A DNA stretch of 64,000 bases from Tubiluchus corallicola (GCA_030141605.1 JAQGDQ010000086.1:553418-617417); one strand, 5' to 3'. Counted from the stretch's first letter, positions 1-36,010 are shown. The notes: generated by a model not told the origin, from the sequence alone. Numbers and translations: made by a program.

Positions 1-256
1 CCAGGGTACACTAACAATATTTGTAAACTGTGTGTAGTTATTTTCAATTCCGTAATACACAAAGAGTGCGAATGGAGATAAAAAATGGATAAAGGTTCAC
101 AAAATTATTGTTTTAATATCGTGTGGACGGAGCTTCACTACTGAATTAAGGAAACTGCATAGATAGTGACAACGTTCACCAATAACTATGAATTTACTTT
201 TTACTCACCTACACTTGTAAGTAATAAACCCAGGTCTGTTAATAATGTCACCACCA

Positions 257-319
257 CCATCATCATCGTCCTCATCATCATCAATCATACCAATAATTGA
301 ATTTAACTCGTCATTGTCG

Positions 320-392
<73 letters not shown>

Positions 393-395
393 CAA
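257..395. repeat. (CAT)n microsatellite
   Basis: Seen directly. Confidence 0.95.
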
Positions 396-460
396 TCAGA
401 CCAATCTTCGATATTATTACCATTTTCGTCACTATCATTACTATCATCGACATTAACTAC

Positions 461-25368
<24,908 letters not shown>

Positions 25369-26396
25369 GGTTGTCGCTGTAGCTGTGACGTCACTGGGCA
25401 AATAGAAGAGTTTAATAAGTTGCTGCTGCGATTTTCTGCCACCTCCCGTTGTGCTTCCGCCCTGGTTCTTCCCACACAACAATAAGTATCTTTACTTAGT
25501 TTATTAAAAAAGTCGTACTCTCTGCAAACTTTCTCAAATCAGTTATTAATATCTAGTATGCAATGTTTATTAGTAAATATCTATGTATAACTGTTATTTG
25601 CTATATTTGTTCAAACATTGTTATTTGATGCTTATTATTTATTGAAGAAACAATTGTTCAGGCATAAGGTACTAGTCCAAATCTAGTACGTAATGAATTG
25701 TTCGAGCTACATAAATCACTGTGTTGTAATTGCTCTGGGAGACAACTAGATGGCTTGCTCCTCCCCCTCACAATGTTATCTAAATTGTATTTAAAGTGAG
25801 ACGACTTTTGTATGTATTTTATTGTTGTTATGCGTTGTGAACTAAACATTCTTATTTTATCTTATCATTAGTATAACTAACTATAAAAAATGACTTTTTA
25901 AAATGTAAGAGATCAATTTGCACAGGCAGTTGGACTTACACTAATATATACTGTGCACAAATTTAATTATTGCTCTCGTTTTTGCTTAGATCTTATTGTT
26001 CTAGTTTCTATTGTAGTAATCTCTGGCTATGGCACAAGCACGGCAGTCTAGCAAACTTCGTGCTTCGCAAAATTTTGCCCTCCGGAAGTTTTTCCACTAT
26101 GAATACGATACGTATGCGTCTGTAATTTGCGCAAACAATCACAAATTGATCACTTTAAGGTCTTACTGCGTAAATATGTTTTAAGATTAAGATGTAGATT
26201 TTAAATATCAGCAAAATGATTTTATCTTGCATAAATGACAGAGTGGTAATTTACTGTCAAAAGACTAAATAAATTCGGCATTCACAAAAATTAGGCATCA
26301 ACAGTAAACATTAAACACATGTACCTGCCAACAGATAACAAAGTTCTCATGAATACAATAAGGAACTATGCAAAAATACAATACTCTTTGTCTAAA

Positions 26397-26590
26397 CATA
26401 CATGACCAAACTTAACTTGACGTCTTATTCCGAACAAAATAGCAAATATTCTTTATGTGTATGTGTTTGAAACACCAAAATGAATTCTACAATTCCATAC
26501 ATAACCAAACTCAACTTGACGTCTTACTCCGAACAAAATAGCAAATATTCTTTATGTGTATGTGTTTGAAACATAAAAACGAATTCTACA
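26397..26590. repeat. 99-bp tandem duplication
   Basis: catacatgaccaaac...gaattctaca occurs twice. Confidence 0.9.
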
Positions 26591-26790
26591 AGCGTTCCAG
26601 TCACTTATCACAGATGCAGCAGTACTAAAATCAACATTAGGATAACTGCTCTTACATGCCCAGTTAAAGAACACGAACATAAAACATGTTCCTCTGTTTC
26701 TATGCTCCGCATCCACACAATCTACTCTTTTTTGACTCTCTCACCCATCGCCCCGTTTCAATTCTTACCCAATGTACAGTTTTTATGTAC
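26590..26790 (-). mobile_element. Non-LTR retrotransposon 3' remnant, same type as 43600-44050
   Basis: HWVRIETGRWVRE...RLCGC. Confidence 0.6.
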
Positions 26791-27478
26791 AATCTTATGC
26801 ATGTCGTTTTATATTGAACTAGCGGTGGTACCTCGCCGACAAGTGGTAAAGCTACCCAGGTTGGTTCGGTACCAGCAGATGCGGAGGCCAGGCAGACTAT
26901 AACTCTTCTGACATCCATCCACGAAACAACAGAATAATGTGTAAGAAAAACGATACCTTCATTGGCAAATTACATGAAGTAGATTCAAAAAACAATGACG
27001 AATTAGAATTTACACTGTCGTGTATTACACTAACTGGACCAGTGAAAGAGCAGAAACGACCGCTTTTATTTAGGCCATATGCATAACTTAGCTTCAACAG
27101 AAACTTACAAAGGGGTGTTCAGTACAATATTATGCATCATTTGTCTGTTTTTACAGTACTTTATGTATCGACTTAAACCTAAAATTAAATAATTAATTAA
27201 ATTGTTGTAATAACGATATCTGCGCAATCGCAAAGAAGCTTAAAAGTTACCTACGTATCCCACAAATCTTTTCAGCTACTGAACTATATACGCAGGGCAA
27301 TTTTATTTAACGTCTATCAATTATACATAAAAGGTATTAGGTAAAAACATAAAATCACAATTTACGTGCAAAAATTGTTATGAAACTATCTTCAGAAATA
27401 AAATTACTAGAAATCGTTTTAGCAAGGCGTGAAAGCGACATCTATTGGAGAAAACGATAGCTCAAAAGTCTTACTCAC

Positions 27479-27572
27479 CTTTAACCGGTGTCCGGATGTG
27501 GAACAGATGGAAAATGTACTGAGAACCAGGAAGAAGCTGGAGTCTGACTCTTGAGCAAAATTTGAGCATCAT
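27479..27572 (-). other. Putative 5' leader exon of the myosin gene, containing an ATG
   Basis: Consensus donor AAAG/GTGAGT at 27478, directly downstream of a promoter motif cluster. Confidence 0.55.
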
Positions 27573-27585
27573 GAGACTCTTGATG

Positions 27586-27613
27586 TCCCGCCCTTGATCC
27601 AATCACGTGACGT
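27586..27613 (-). promoter_or_regulatory. Promoter motif cluster (GC box, CCAAT box, E-box/CRE)
   Basis: CCCGCCC, CCAAT and TCACGTGACG within 28 bp in AT-rich DNA. Confidence 0.55.
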
Positions 27614-28094
27614 TGTCTAAAGCGCATTTCCATTGCGCATGACCTTACATTAAAATCGATTATTGTCTCCAGTAATCACTTACGTAAAGCCGTGTAAATA
27701 GACAACAAGGCGGTTATTAAGGCAGAATGGCAAATTTTGTTTAAAATTGGAATTACATATAGAGTGCTTATACCTTTAGCTAAGCTACATGACTGTTTAT
27801 TTTGTATATCCAGTATGTATGACTTTTATGTGTTTTAATGTTTTCAGTTTTCCAATAAGGGTGTCGTAGTTTAGGAAAATTTAATTAAATGAAATCGTAT
27901 CATCATATTCATGTAAAGTAGAAAAATAGATTATGATTTACTGTCGTCATCGTAGTCCTTGACGTCGTTGTTAAACAAGTTATTATAATTTTTATAAGCT
28001 TGCTGTTTCTTTGTTGCAGTAATTTTAATGTGTTTGTCAGCAAGATGCACCTGCAATCAACACAAAATTAACATTACTGTTTTATTTTTAAATA

Positions 28095-28665
28095 TTAAAG
28101 CAAAACCGGTCCCAAACTTAAAATGTAGGTCAAAACAATCTACTCCTTAAAATAATGGAAGGAAACGAACTATTTTTACAAAAATGGCTTACGTGAAAGA
28201 ATTATTACCACACAAACACAATTTCAGGTTCGCGCTACTAGTTCTTTGCTGTTACCCGCATTTCTCTATTTGCTAGTTGGACGAACACGCGCATTTCGGA
28301 AACGCATTGCACAAAAAACATATGCTGTACCTCTCAGTTCAAATGTGTTAGTTTGTGACGAATTACACACGTTTGACAGTTCATGCGTGAGCACAGCGGT
28401 AAATTTGAAATTTGAATTTTCATTTTAAAACTTGTATAGTTTTAGCGCAACACATTGAATATCTTATAGTAGCACTGTATTTCAATATTCACTTTTGCAA
28501 ACATGTGCAACATGCTCGTGGAATGCTTTTGCTGTTGAAAATTATGTTAGTTTGTGATGCCATCAATAGTTTTTAACCTATTACTTAATTATCAGAAAAG
28601 CTTTTGCAGTGTTAATCGGGTTAAAATGTATACTTTTATCGGACTTGAAAATGGGGTAGTATAGG
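28095..28665. mobile_element. Dispersed repeat family A copy
   Basis: Colinear with 20013-20600. Confidence 0.7.
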
Positions 28666-29569
28666 AAAATCATCCTGTCTTCTTTTAAAGCATTCAGTTT
28701 GTCTAACACAGTCGCTATTTTTCGTACGTTTTAGGCGGGAAAGATAAGAGTAGGATGAAAATAGAGCGCGCTTGGCAATCAAAGTTAAGCAATACTAAAT
28801 GTGGTCAGTGTAAGTGCTTGAGATAATGAGAGACCGCTAGAAAACTGTTTCTTTTTTATTTGCTTTTCATATTGACCCGCCTATTTACCTTGTTGAGGGA
28901 GAACATATAAAGACAAAGTACAAGGCTAAGTACTAGGTTGCGGGCCGGTAACAGCTATCAACATCTGTCCAGAAATAGTGAAATGGGAGGAAAAGCGGAT
29001 TTTAAGACATATCACAAAGAACTTCCCATGCAAAGTTGTGCTACCTAGCATTACATTATTTGAAAGATTTATGTAAATGGAAGAGAAAATTTTTAATAAT
29101 TTAAAATATTCGTGCCACTTGGTAAAATGTCACTGTACCACCATCCCAGCGTGCACCACTGATTTGCCAAGAAAACTACACGTTATTGATCTTACTAAGA
29201 ATATAAGGTACATGTAATTTTTGTTTAGCTAATGAAGTCTGAAAAAGGAATATTCTCATTGTTTTTTTCAAACTTCACGTAATGTTATCGAAACTTGTTT
29301 CAAACGATCTACCGTTAAAATGGCTACAGCTAACGGCCGTCACAGAAGCTTAAATTTACAAGTTTTATACAGCGTTACTACTAACGCAAGCCCCGTATGT
29401 AATAAGATAACTCGCAAGTGATACAAAATTTCAAAAGGAGTTTTTCAAGCTTTATTTGTGAAGAGTGTTTTTGTGCTTTAAACAACACAGGAATTAAGTT
29501 TGCGCAAGTGTAATAAAAGTATTAATGACAAAGGTATACACGCGTAGCGATCACAAAAAATGGGTGACT

Positions 29570-29772
29570 TCTTTTCAAAGTTTTACTAGTTTTTTTGAAA
29601 GTTTAACAAGTTTGTGAAATTTTAAGTAGCTTGTTTTTACTGATAGTCATTACAGAACTTACTAAAACGGAAAGCTTTCTGGCTTCAGGTTCTCTTTGTT
29701 ATTGTTTTTCTTCTTCGCTTGCGGAGTGGCTTCTAAAATCTTTTTACAGAAAATCTTGCATTGATAAAATTG
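29570..29772 (-). other. Gene B third exon (end approximate)
   Basis: Acceptor ttttatctttttcag at 29773; colinear matches to gene A exon 3 (gaaaaacaa, ctgtaa, ttgttaaacttt). Confidence 0.55.
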
Positions 29773-29877
29773 CTGAAAAAGATAAAAACTATAAACTAGC
29801 CATCTTAGGCAGCTGACACCTCTGTTATATATGACCGCTAGCTGACACAGATGACAAGATTTGTACAGTTTTAATAA

Positions 29878-30248
29878 ACCTTTTCACAGTTTCATTGAGA
29901 TCAAAGGTTAAGTGTACCACAGCATATTAACTGCGTATTAACTGCAACTGTCACGTGACATATGTGTAAAGCAAAGTCATCTACTGCATCAATTCAGTAA
30001 CTCCAGTTGTTTTACGTGAATTTTACTTAATAATGCATTAGTCTGTGCGTAGAGTGATTTATTAGCAGGATCTTGCTTGGGAACAAGAAACAATGAACTA
30101 GGCAAGGTTCCAGCTAGCTGTTAAAACTGTTACTATTACAATAGTACGGGCTGCGAGGCGTTGCCAAGTGTACACAAATGCGTTGTCTGGCACACTTAAC
30201 CTTTGGTCTTCGGCGATCATCATCAATCGCAGGAACTGTGAAAAGGCT
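29878..30248. mobile_element. MITE family C copy (in intron 2 of gene B)
   Basis: ccttttcacagtt...aactgtgaaaagg termini; internal identity to 21366-21732. Confidence 0.78.
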
Positions 30249-30605
30249 CATTTTCATTGTAAACATCATAGATAACCCCAAGTTTTTATTCAAAATGTCA
30301 TATATTTAGCAAGAATGCTCATAAAAATCCCAAGTTAAATTCTCCTTTCATTTTTATTTTTGTTTATTAAATTTTGTTGGCATCATATAAAATTACGAAA
30401 GGTAAGAACAGACAAGAGATAAATCTTATTTGAACAAGTCAAATGTTATCAATATTCAAGCTAGGGCCAGCTCTTAAATCAACAGTAATAACTACATTTA
30501 CATAAAACATGTTCCTTACTTTGAATGATCGAATGGTGTGACACGGGCAAAGAAGCCATTCTTTGTGAATCCTAGATATGTGGCCGAAGTGGCCCGCTAG
30601 AGGGC

Positions 30606-32937
30606 CTAATAAACCCATCCTCCTGCACGAGAGCCTCGACGTGAACGGTAAACTGATTCAGGCTGATTAAGAAATTGAGGCTGAAAAGCAAAGTTCATGA
30701 TAATATTTTTTCTTCAGAATCTCATTCCACCTATTGTAGGCATTGATGCATCAACCTTTATCAGAGTATTCCACCCACTCCTATCTGCAGGTAACAGCAT
30801 AAGTTCTTCTACTCCTAAAGATAGATTTGGTTGAAGCTGTTGAACATCTTTATTTATCTTAGCTATCCAAGTAGCTTTTGGTTTGCCATGTGTTTTTTTG
30901 CAAAATTTTAAGGCTTCCTCTAAGGCGATTCTTACTGGTGCTTCATTTGGTAATCTTAAAGAATTCTCTTGTCATCTACATCTTAGAATCTTGACTTTTG
31001 AACTCCAAGAAATTTTTTTCGTTCTGGAGTATAAATATTTATTTTTGATTATGTCTGGCCATATTATCTTTAAAACTTTCCTTAGAAGACTTCTATGAAA
31101 TTATCACTTCTTTATTTTCTGATCGTATAGTATTCAAGTGATTTGTTATCTATATAGATTGTATAATAATTTAATCGATTCGGTTTTTACTTATTGATCG
31201 CTACAAGGTGAATTTATCACCCGGCTCCGAGGGCTTTAGATGAGTCTATCGGGCAATAATTTTGTCCCCCAAGACTGACACTTCGACCTCGCATTGTGAG
31301 TAAGGTCTTTGACCCTCAAGCTATCTAGCCTTGCTCCCGCAATTGAGCTTTATCTAATTAATTAATGCAATGCGAATCTACAGGATCGTATGTCGGATTT
31401 AGTGTTGCTTAACGTTGAACACTCTAAAGCATACATGAACTCATTAGTTAAGTCAAAGTGAATCAGCTTTATTTGTTTACAAATTTACTTCTATCTAGGT
31501 AGCTGCACAAGATTTGTCCTTACACGCTTGTAGCCGTTTACAACTAATGTATAGCTCCAATAAGATACTCAAGCAATTCACCTAACAATTATTCAGTATG
31601 CTGCACTTAAGGTGCTTAATACAATGTGAACTAGAGTTATGCAGAGTTACTCTCAGTTACAAATGCGTTAAGATTACTTAACTCGGTGGAATGACCACAA
31701 TGCAACTCTCGTACACTTGGTCAACTCCAATGGTATTGTGAGACTTTCGTCGATCCAGTGCCCAGTTAATCTGCTGAGGACGTAGAACTGTTCCACGCTG
31801 GTGTCAAACGATGTCTCAGCTCCCTGTCAGATTCTCTGTGTCGCCTCTCTCTGGCTCCTGACTCTCTCAATGACCGCTGACTCACTAACACCTCGTGTTC
31901 CCAACTCCGGGCTTATATCCTGAAGAGCTTGGCCTTCGCCCAAACGTAATCAGGTGAAAGGTGACATCCCTGGATTAACCCTGGTATCCCCTGCCAAGAA
32001 ATTTACGATCAACCAGGTGGCTTTAGAATTCCTCTCTCCGTGGGAAAGGTCCTACACGCCGGCCTTTCTTCAGAACTTCTTCCCATGATGTCTTCGTACA
32101 AGCTTTGGCGTCGGCCATAAAATTTCTCTTCCAAAGAAATTTGCCTATTGCGATTTTTTTGTTAATTAAGTGCAACTCTGCATAAGGTTATAAAGAACGA
32201 TTACACACTTTGCATAAGGCTATAAAGAACGATTACATACGCTGCATAGGGCTATAAAGAACGATTGCGTCCTCACTTAATAGACACCTGTTTACCTTCA
32301 GTAAACGATAAAAAACACACCTGTGGAATAATTTGCATCGCATTAAATCCCGTGCTTTATCAGCTGGATGAGTTCCTATTATCAATCAATAAATTTATCT
32401 TATCAAATCAGGGAGGTATCCGATTTATCAACTGAATCTAATTCAGCTGATAATTCCATTAATTTATCACCAAATTACCGATTCATAAATTTATTCACGA
32501 CAAAACGTGTCAACTTGCTTTTCTTGAGTAATTGTTAAACGCCAAGTTTCGCTGTTGAACATAAATATGCTGGTAACGTAAGCATTAAATAGTCGAAGTT
32601 TTACGTCAAGACTTAATTTCTTGTTAGCTAATACATTTTTTGTGTTGAAGAAAAGCATGCATTGCTTGTTGCTTTCTTTTTTTAATATCATCTTTGGTGT
32701 TTAGAAAAGAGCGCATCTACTTGCACTTTTTCCAAGACTAATTTCCATCTCTTGCAATAATATAATCTTCTGTGTTTGACTAGTTTACTTGAAGATTTTT
32801 CTCTGTTTTTTTTGGAAAATCACTTTTTATTGTGTTAGTTTAATATTACATGGTCCAAATAATTTCACAAGATCGAAATAAATGTGGTACAGAATTCGAT
32901 TATTAAAAACTTGACATAGAACCAACTTACCAGCCAT
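30606..32937 (-). CDS. Gene B: paralog of gene A, 17-aa Arg-rich peptide or degenerate copy (coding exons 32931-32937 and 30606-30652)
   Basis: Identical aacATGGCTG/gtaagt; acceptor cag/TT gives MAVYRSRRGSRAGGWVY*; TAGGCCC at the stop as in gene A; donor at 30519; homologous third exon. Confidence 0.5.
30800..32810 (-). mobile_element. Decayed RTE-like LINE 3' fragment, split by an LTR insertion
   Basis: RLFNAYVTSIFMFNSETWRLT...QVDTF/HRSLLRKVLKIIWP is continuous once 31102-32502 is removed. Confidence 0.8.
31102..32502 (-). mobile_element. Solo LTR (Gypsy-like, 4-bp TSD)
   Basis: Minus-strand termini TGTCG...TGATA; flanks AAAT/AAAC; TATA (GATATAAG) near 31915; AATAAA near the 3' end; 31-bp tandem repeats at 32180-32270. 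Confidence 0.72.
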
Positions 32938-33038
32938 GTTCCCGGGAGAGAGAAACCCAAAATGACGCTTTACACTCTAAACAAGCCACTCAGACAAGCA
33001 AACGTAAACATCAGAATGAACTTGTACAAAGTTAAGTC

Positions 33039-33052
33039 GTTGTCATGGTAAT
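33039..33052. promoter_or_regulatory. RFX X-box upstream of gene B
   Basis: GTTGTCATGGTAAT, about 100 nt upstream of the gene B ATG. Confidence 0.55.
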
Positions 33053-33169
33053 TTTCACTAGGCATCATCACTAATTCGATTATATATCTCATAATGCATG
33101 ATGAAAAATGTGTCAGTAATGGCTTTTCCAAATTCTGAACAGATCAAAAATGCTCAAAGTTACTAAAAA

Positions 33170-33640
33170 AAAAGAAATGACAAATTTAACAACACGAAAC
33201 TTGAACTAGTATCTTCATGTACAACAGTGAAATGTGGGTCATAACTGAGGAAACAGAAATAAATGTATTTCACAGAGTTCTTCTTAGAAAACTGCTAAAA
33301 ATAAAACGGACATATTATTTCAAATGAGCAGCTGTATAACAGAAGTAAAATCAGAATCGGAAGGCTAAGATGGGTAGGACATTTAATGAAATAGCCAGAA
33401 ATAACACCGGTAAGATTGGCATTAAACGAGGCACTGAATAAAACTAACCAACCTCTCCAGGGAAACCAAAAACAACTTGGATATCAAGAATTAATAAAGA
33501 TTTACAGCAGGAACCAAACTAACAATAGCATCACAGGAGTTGAAAATTTTAGCTGCAGACAGGAACAGTGGAGTGTTCTAATAAAGGATACATGTTTACA
33601 CTGGATGTTTAGAGCAACAGAAGAAGAAGAAGAAGAAGGA
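33170..33640 (+). mobile_element. Decayed RTE-like LINE 3' end
   Basis: YNSEMWVITE...FHRVLLRKLLKI remnant and (GAA)n tail; similar to the minus-strand copy at 30800-32810. Confidence 0.72.
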
Positions 33641-33989
33641 ATATCTTTCTACACAGTACACATGTATCACACTTAAATCTACGATTGCATCTTGAATAAT
33701 TGTTTTTGATGTTAAGCTAGATACTGATCCGCCTCACAACCAACGCCATAGTAATCCCTGCCTTTTATCGAGTGCACGGATTATGGCTTGTAGTCTCTAC
33801 ACAGTGAGTGCAAGTCATGCTCATATGCAATTCAGACTCGTGTTAAAACAGTAGACGGCTTTGACCGTCTGCATAAAATACTATGACGACACTGTTTGCA
33901 AAAATTATCACAACATTTATAATAATTGCGATACAATTTCACAGATTTTTCTCATAATCGCAATGCAAAAAAACCAAAAAAATACTTAA

Positions 33990-34199
33990 GCCAAAACTTT
34001 TTTAATTCTTTTTTTACAAAGTTTAACAATTTCGTGCAAGTATGAAAGGCTGATTTTTCCACTGAAACTAAGTTCATCTGACGTTACAGTAATGATGAAG
34101 ATCGAAAACGTTTTGTGGTAGAAACTTCCCAGTTGTTTTTCCCTTCTGCCTGTGAATTTGTCATTTCAATTTTACCAGGGAGAATTTTCAATAATATTT
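33990..34199 (-). other. Gene A 3' UTR exon (end approximate)
   Basis: Acceptor ttttctttttcag at 34200; donor CAG/GTTATT at 34502; ATTAAA near 34001; homologous to 29570-29772. Confidence 0.55.
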
Positions 34200-34589
34200 C
34201 TGAAAAAGAAAACAAATTATGTATTAGTAAGGTGCTCTAAGTGCGATTTAAAATTCTGAATGATGGCATCGTAATTGATGAGACGCAAAATAGGAAACCG
34301 CAAGCAATATACTGTTTTATCGAAGATAAATCAATTCTCGCCAACAAGAAACTTTCCTCAAAACAAATTTTCGACTTCTCAGTGCATTTGTAACCGGTAT
34401 CTTCATGTACAATAGTAAAATGTGGTGTTTGACTGCAACTCCGCAAATGCTAATAAATTACGGTACAATTTCATACATCATTATAATGTCAAAGTAAATA
34501 ACCTGCAGTTCCAATTCAACCAATATTCTCAGTAAGGCTGCCATACCGTGAAGTTTTGCAGAGCTTGCATTTCGGCAGAGATGGGCCTA

Positions 34590-35006
34590 CTACGTTACTA
34601 ATTCCAACATCCACATGACAAGGGCTGGTAAAGGAATAAAGGCACGTGAGACTTGTGGTTGCCCTTTACGCCTAGGTCGTTGCCCTGCAGACCTAGGTCG
34701 TTGCCCTGTAGGCCTAGGCCTTGGTTTCCTTATCGGTTTTTTTATTGGCTTTGGTCGACGGGAACGAGAACGTCGACGGGAAATAGAGCGCCGATGGGAA
34801 CGTCTTCCATAACGTGAACGTCGTCTCTCAATGCGAGAAATTGCAACTGGAAAGCAAAGTTTATTAAAATCACACGAATTTCTTAATTGATTTCAACATC
34901 AGTTTCCTAATCCTCCTTATTACTAAAGGTATTAATTGCCTTAATGAAGGTTTATACTCTTATCTGCTTTTTGTATAACGTATCTGTGTGCCTACTTACC
35001 AGCCAT
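34590..35006 (-). CDS. Gene A: 87-aa Arg/Ser/Pro-rich protamine-like basic protein (coding exons 35000-35006 and 34590-34846)
   Basis: aaaacATGGCTG/gtaagt, 153-nt intron, ctttgctttccag/TT joins in frame: MAVAISRIERRRSRYGRRSHRRSISRRRSRSRRPKPIKKPIRKPRPRPTGQRPRSAGQRPRRKGQPQVSRAFIPLPALVMWMLELVT, then TAG TAG. Confidence 0.7.
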
Positions 35007-35024
35007 GTTTTTCTTTAGTTGGTA

Positions 35025-35144
35025 AAAAGAGAGAGATCCAACACCAACTTCCTCAGCCGAGCGTCAGACGGAGAATCCAACTCAAAAGAGAGAGAGATCC
35101 AACACCAACTTCCTCAGCCGAGCGTCAGACGGAGAATCCAACTC
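35025..35144. repeat. Tandem duplication of about 60 bp in the 5' leader of gene A
   Basis: Two copies of aaaagagagagatccaacaccaacttcctcagccgagcgtcagacggagaatccaactc. Confidence 0.9.
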
Positions 35145-35183
35145 CTTTAGATTTTGGTGTTTGTTCAAAAAGAAAGTTGAACA

Positions 35184-35197
35184 GTTTCCATGGCAAC
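35184..35197. promoter_or_regulatory. RFX X-box upstream of gene A
   Basis: GTTTCCATGGCAAC matches the 14-bp X-box palindrome consensus, about 180 nt upstream of the ATG. Confidence 0.7.
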
Positions 35198-35459
35198 GAT
35201 TGTAGGTTATCAATACAATATGCGTCATCGTGCATACGTGTCAATATTTGCAGTGATTTTGCATAATGGGAAACCTAGACAAATTTTGGTTCTAACGACC
35301 AGTTTTGAAATCGTGGGAATTTCTAGGAAAATGTTAAAGGAAATGAAACGTAAAATAAGTCAGTGTAAAATTTAATATTTATTTTATCGCGCTGTATTAA
35401 ATTTAACAGAATTACCGAAATTTATCTGCATGTTATTTACACAAACAACTGAGAGTCTC

Positions 35460-36010
35460 ATACATATCTTCATAATGTCCGATCTTGATAATTGCAATAG
35501 TTAATTTTTGGACTCCCTGAATACGAAAATCGCAAGCAGCAACTAATTCAGAAATCTGTTGCTCAGACCTCAGAATTCAGTGCTTATTATCAAAACTATG
35601 ATAACATTATACCTGTTCTAAGAGAGTTACAATGGTTGCCGATAAAGTTCCAAATTCAATTTAAAATTCCTTGTATCACCTACAAAATACTACATGGTTT
35701 GGCACCTGTATACTTTACTGATCTTCTAATATGCGGTAGCATAGATCAAACACTTCCTTCTAATGCTAATGAAAAAATTAATTTACATCAGCCAGTTTCT
35801 CTCTTTGCTTCGAATCTCTGGAATAACTTACCTGTTGCGAAATGTTCTGCAAATTCATTAGATTATTTTAAAAGGCATCTCAAAACACATTTGTTTAGAT
35901 TGTAATTTTTGTGATGAATTATTTTTTAATTTTTAACTTCTTTTATATTTTAGGTTTCTTATGAATTTTAAATGTATTTTATTGTTCAACGTGCTGAGAT
36001 TTTAAATGAT
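35460..36010 (+). mobile_element. L2/CR1-group LINE 3' fragment
   Basis: PVLRELQWLPIKFQIQFKI...LHGLAPVY...LWNNLP...FKRHLKTHLF. Confidence 0.8.

Noticed and set aside
34515-34530. In-frame TGA in an alternative frame of gene A as a possible selenocysteine
   Set aside because: That frame has no ATG, has several upstream stops, and no SECIS-like element was recognised
34615-34812. Plus-strand 65-aa ORF in the track
   Set aside because: Antisense shadow of gene A exon 2; splice signals and the paralog support the minus strand
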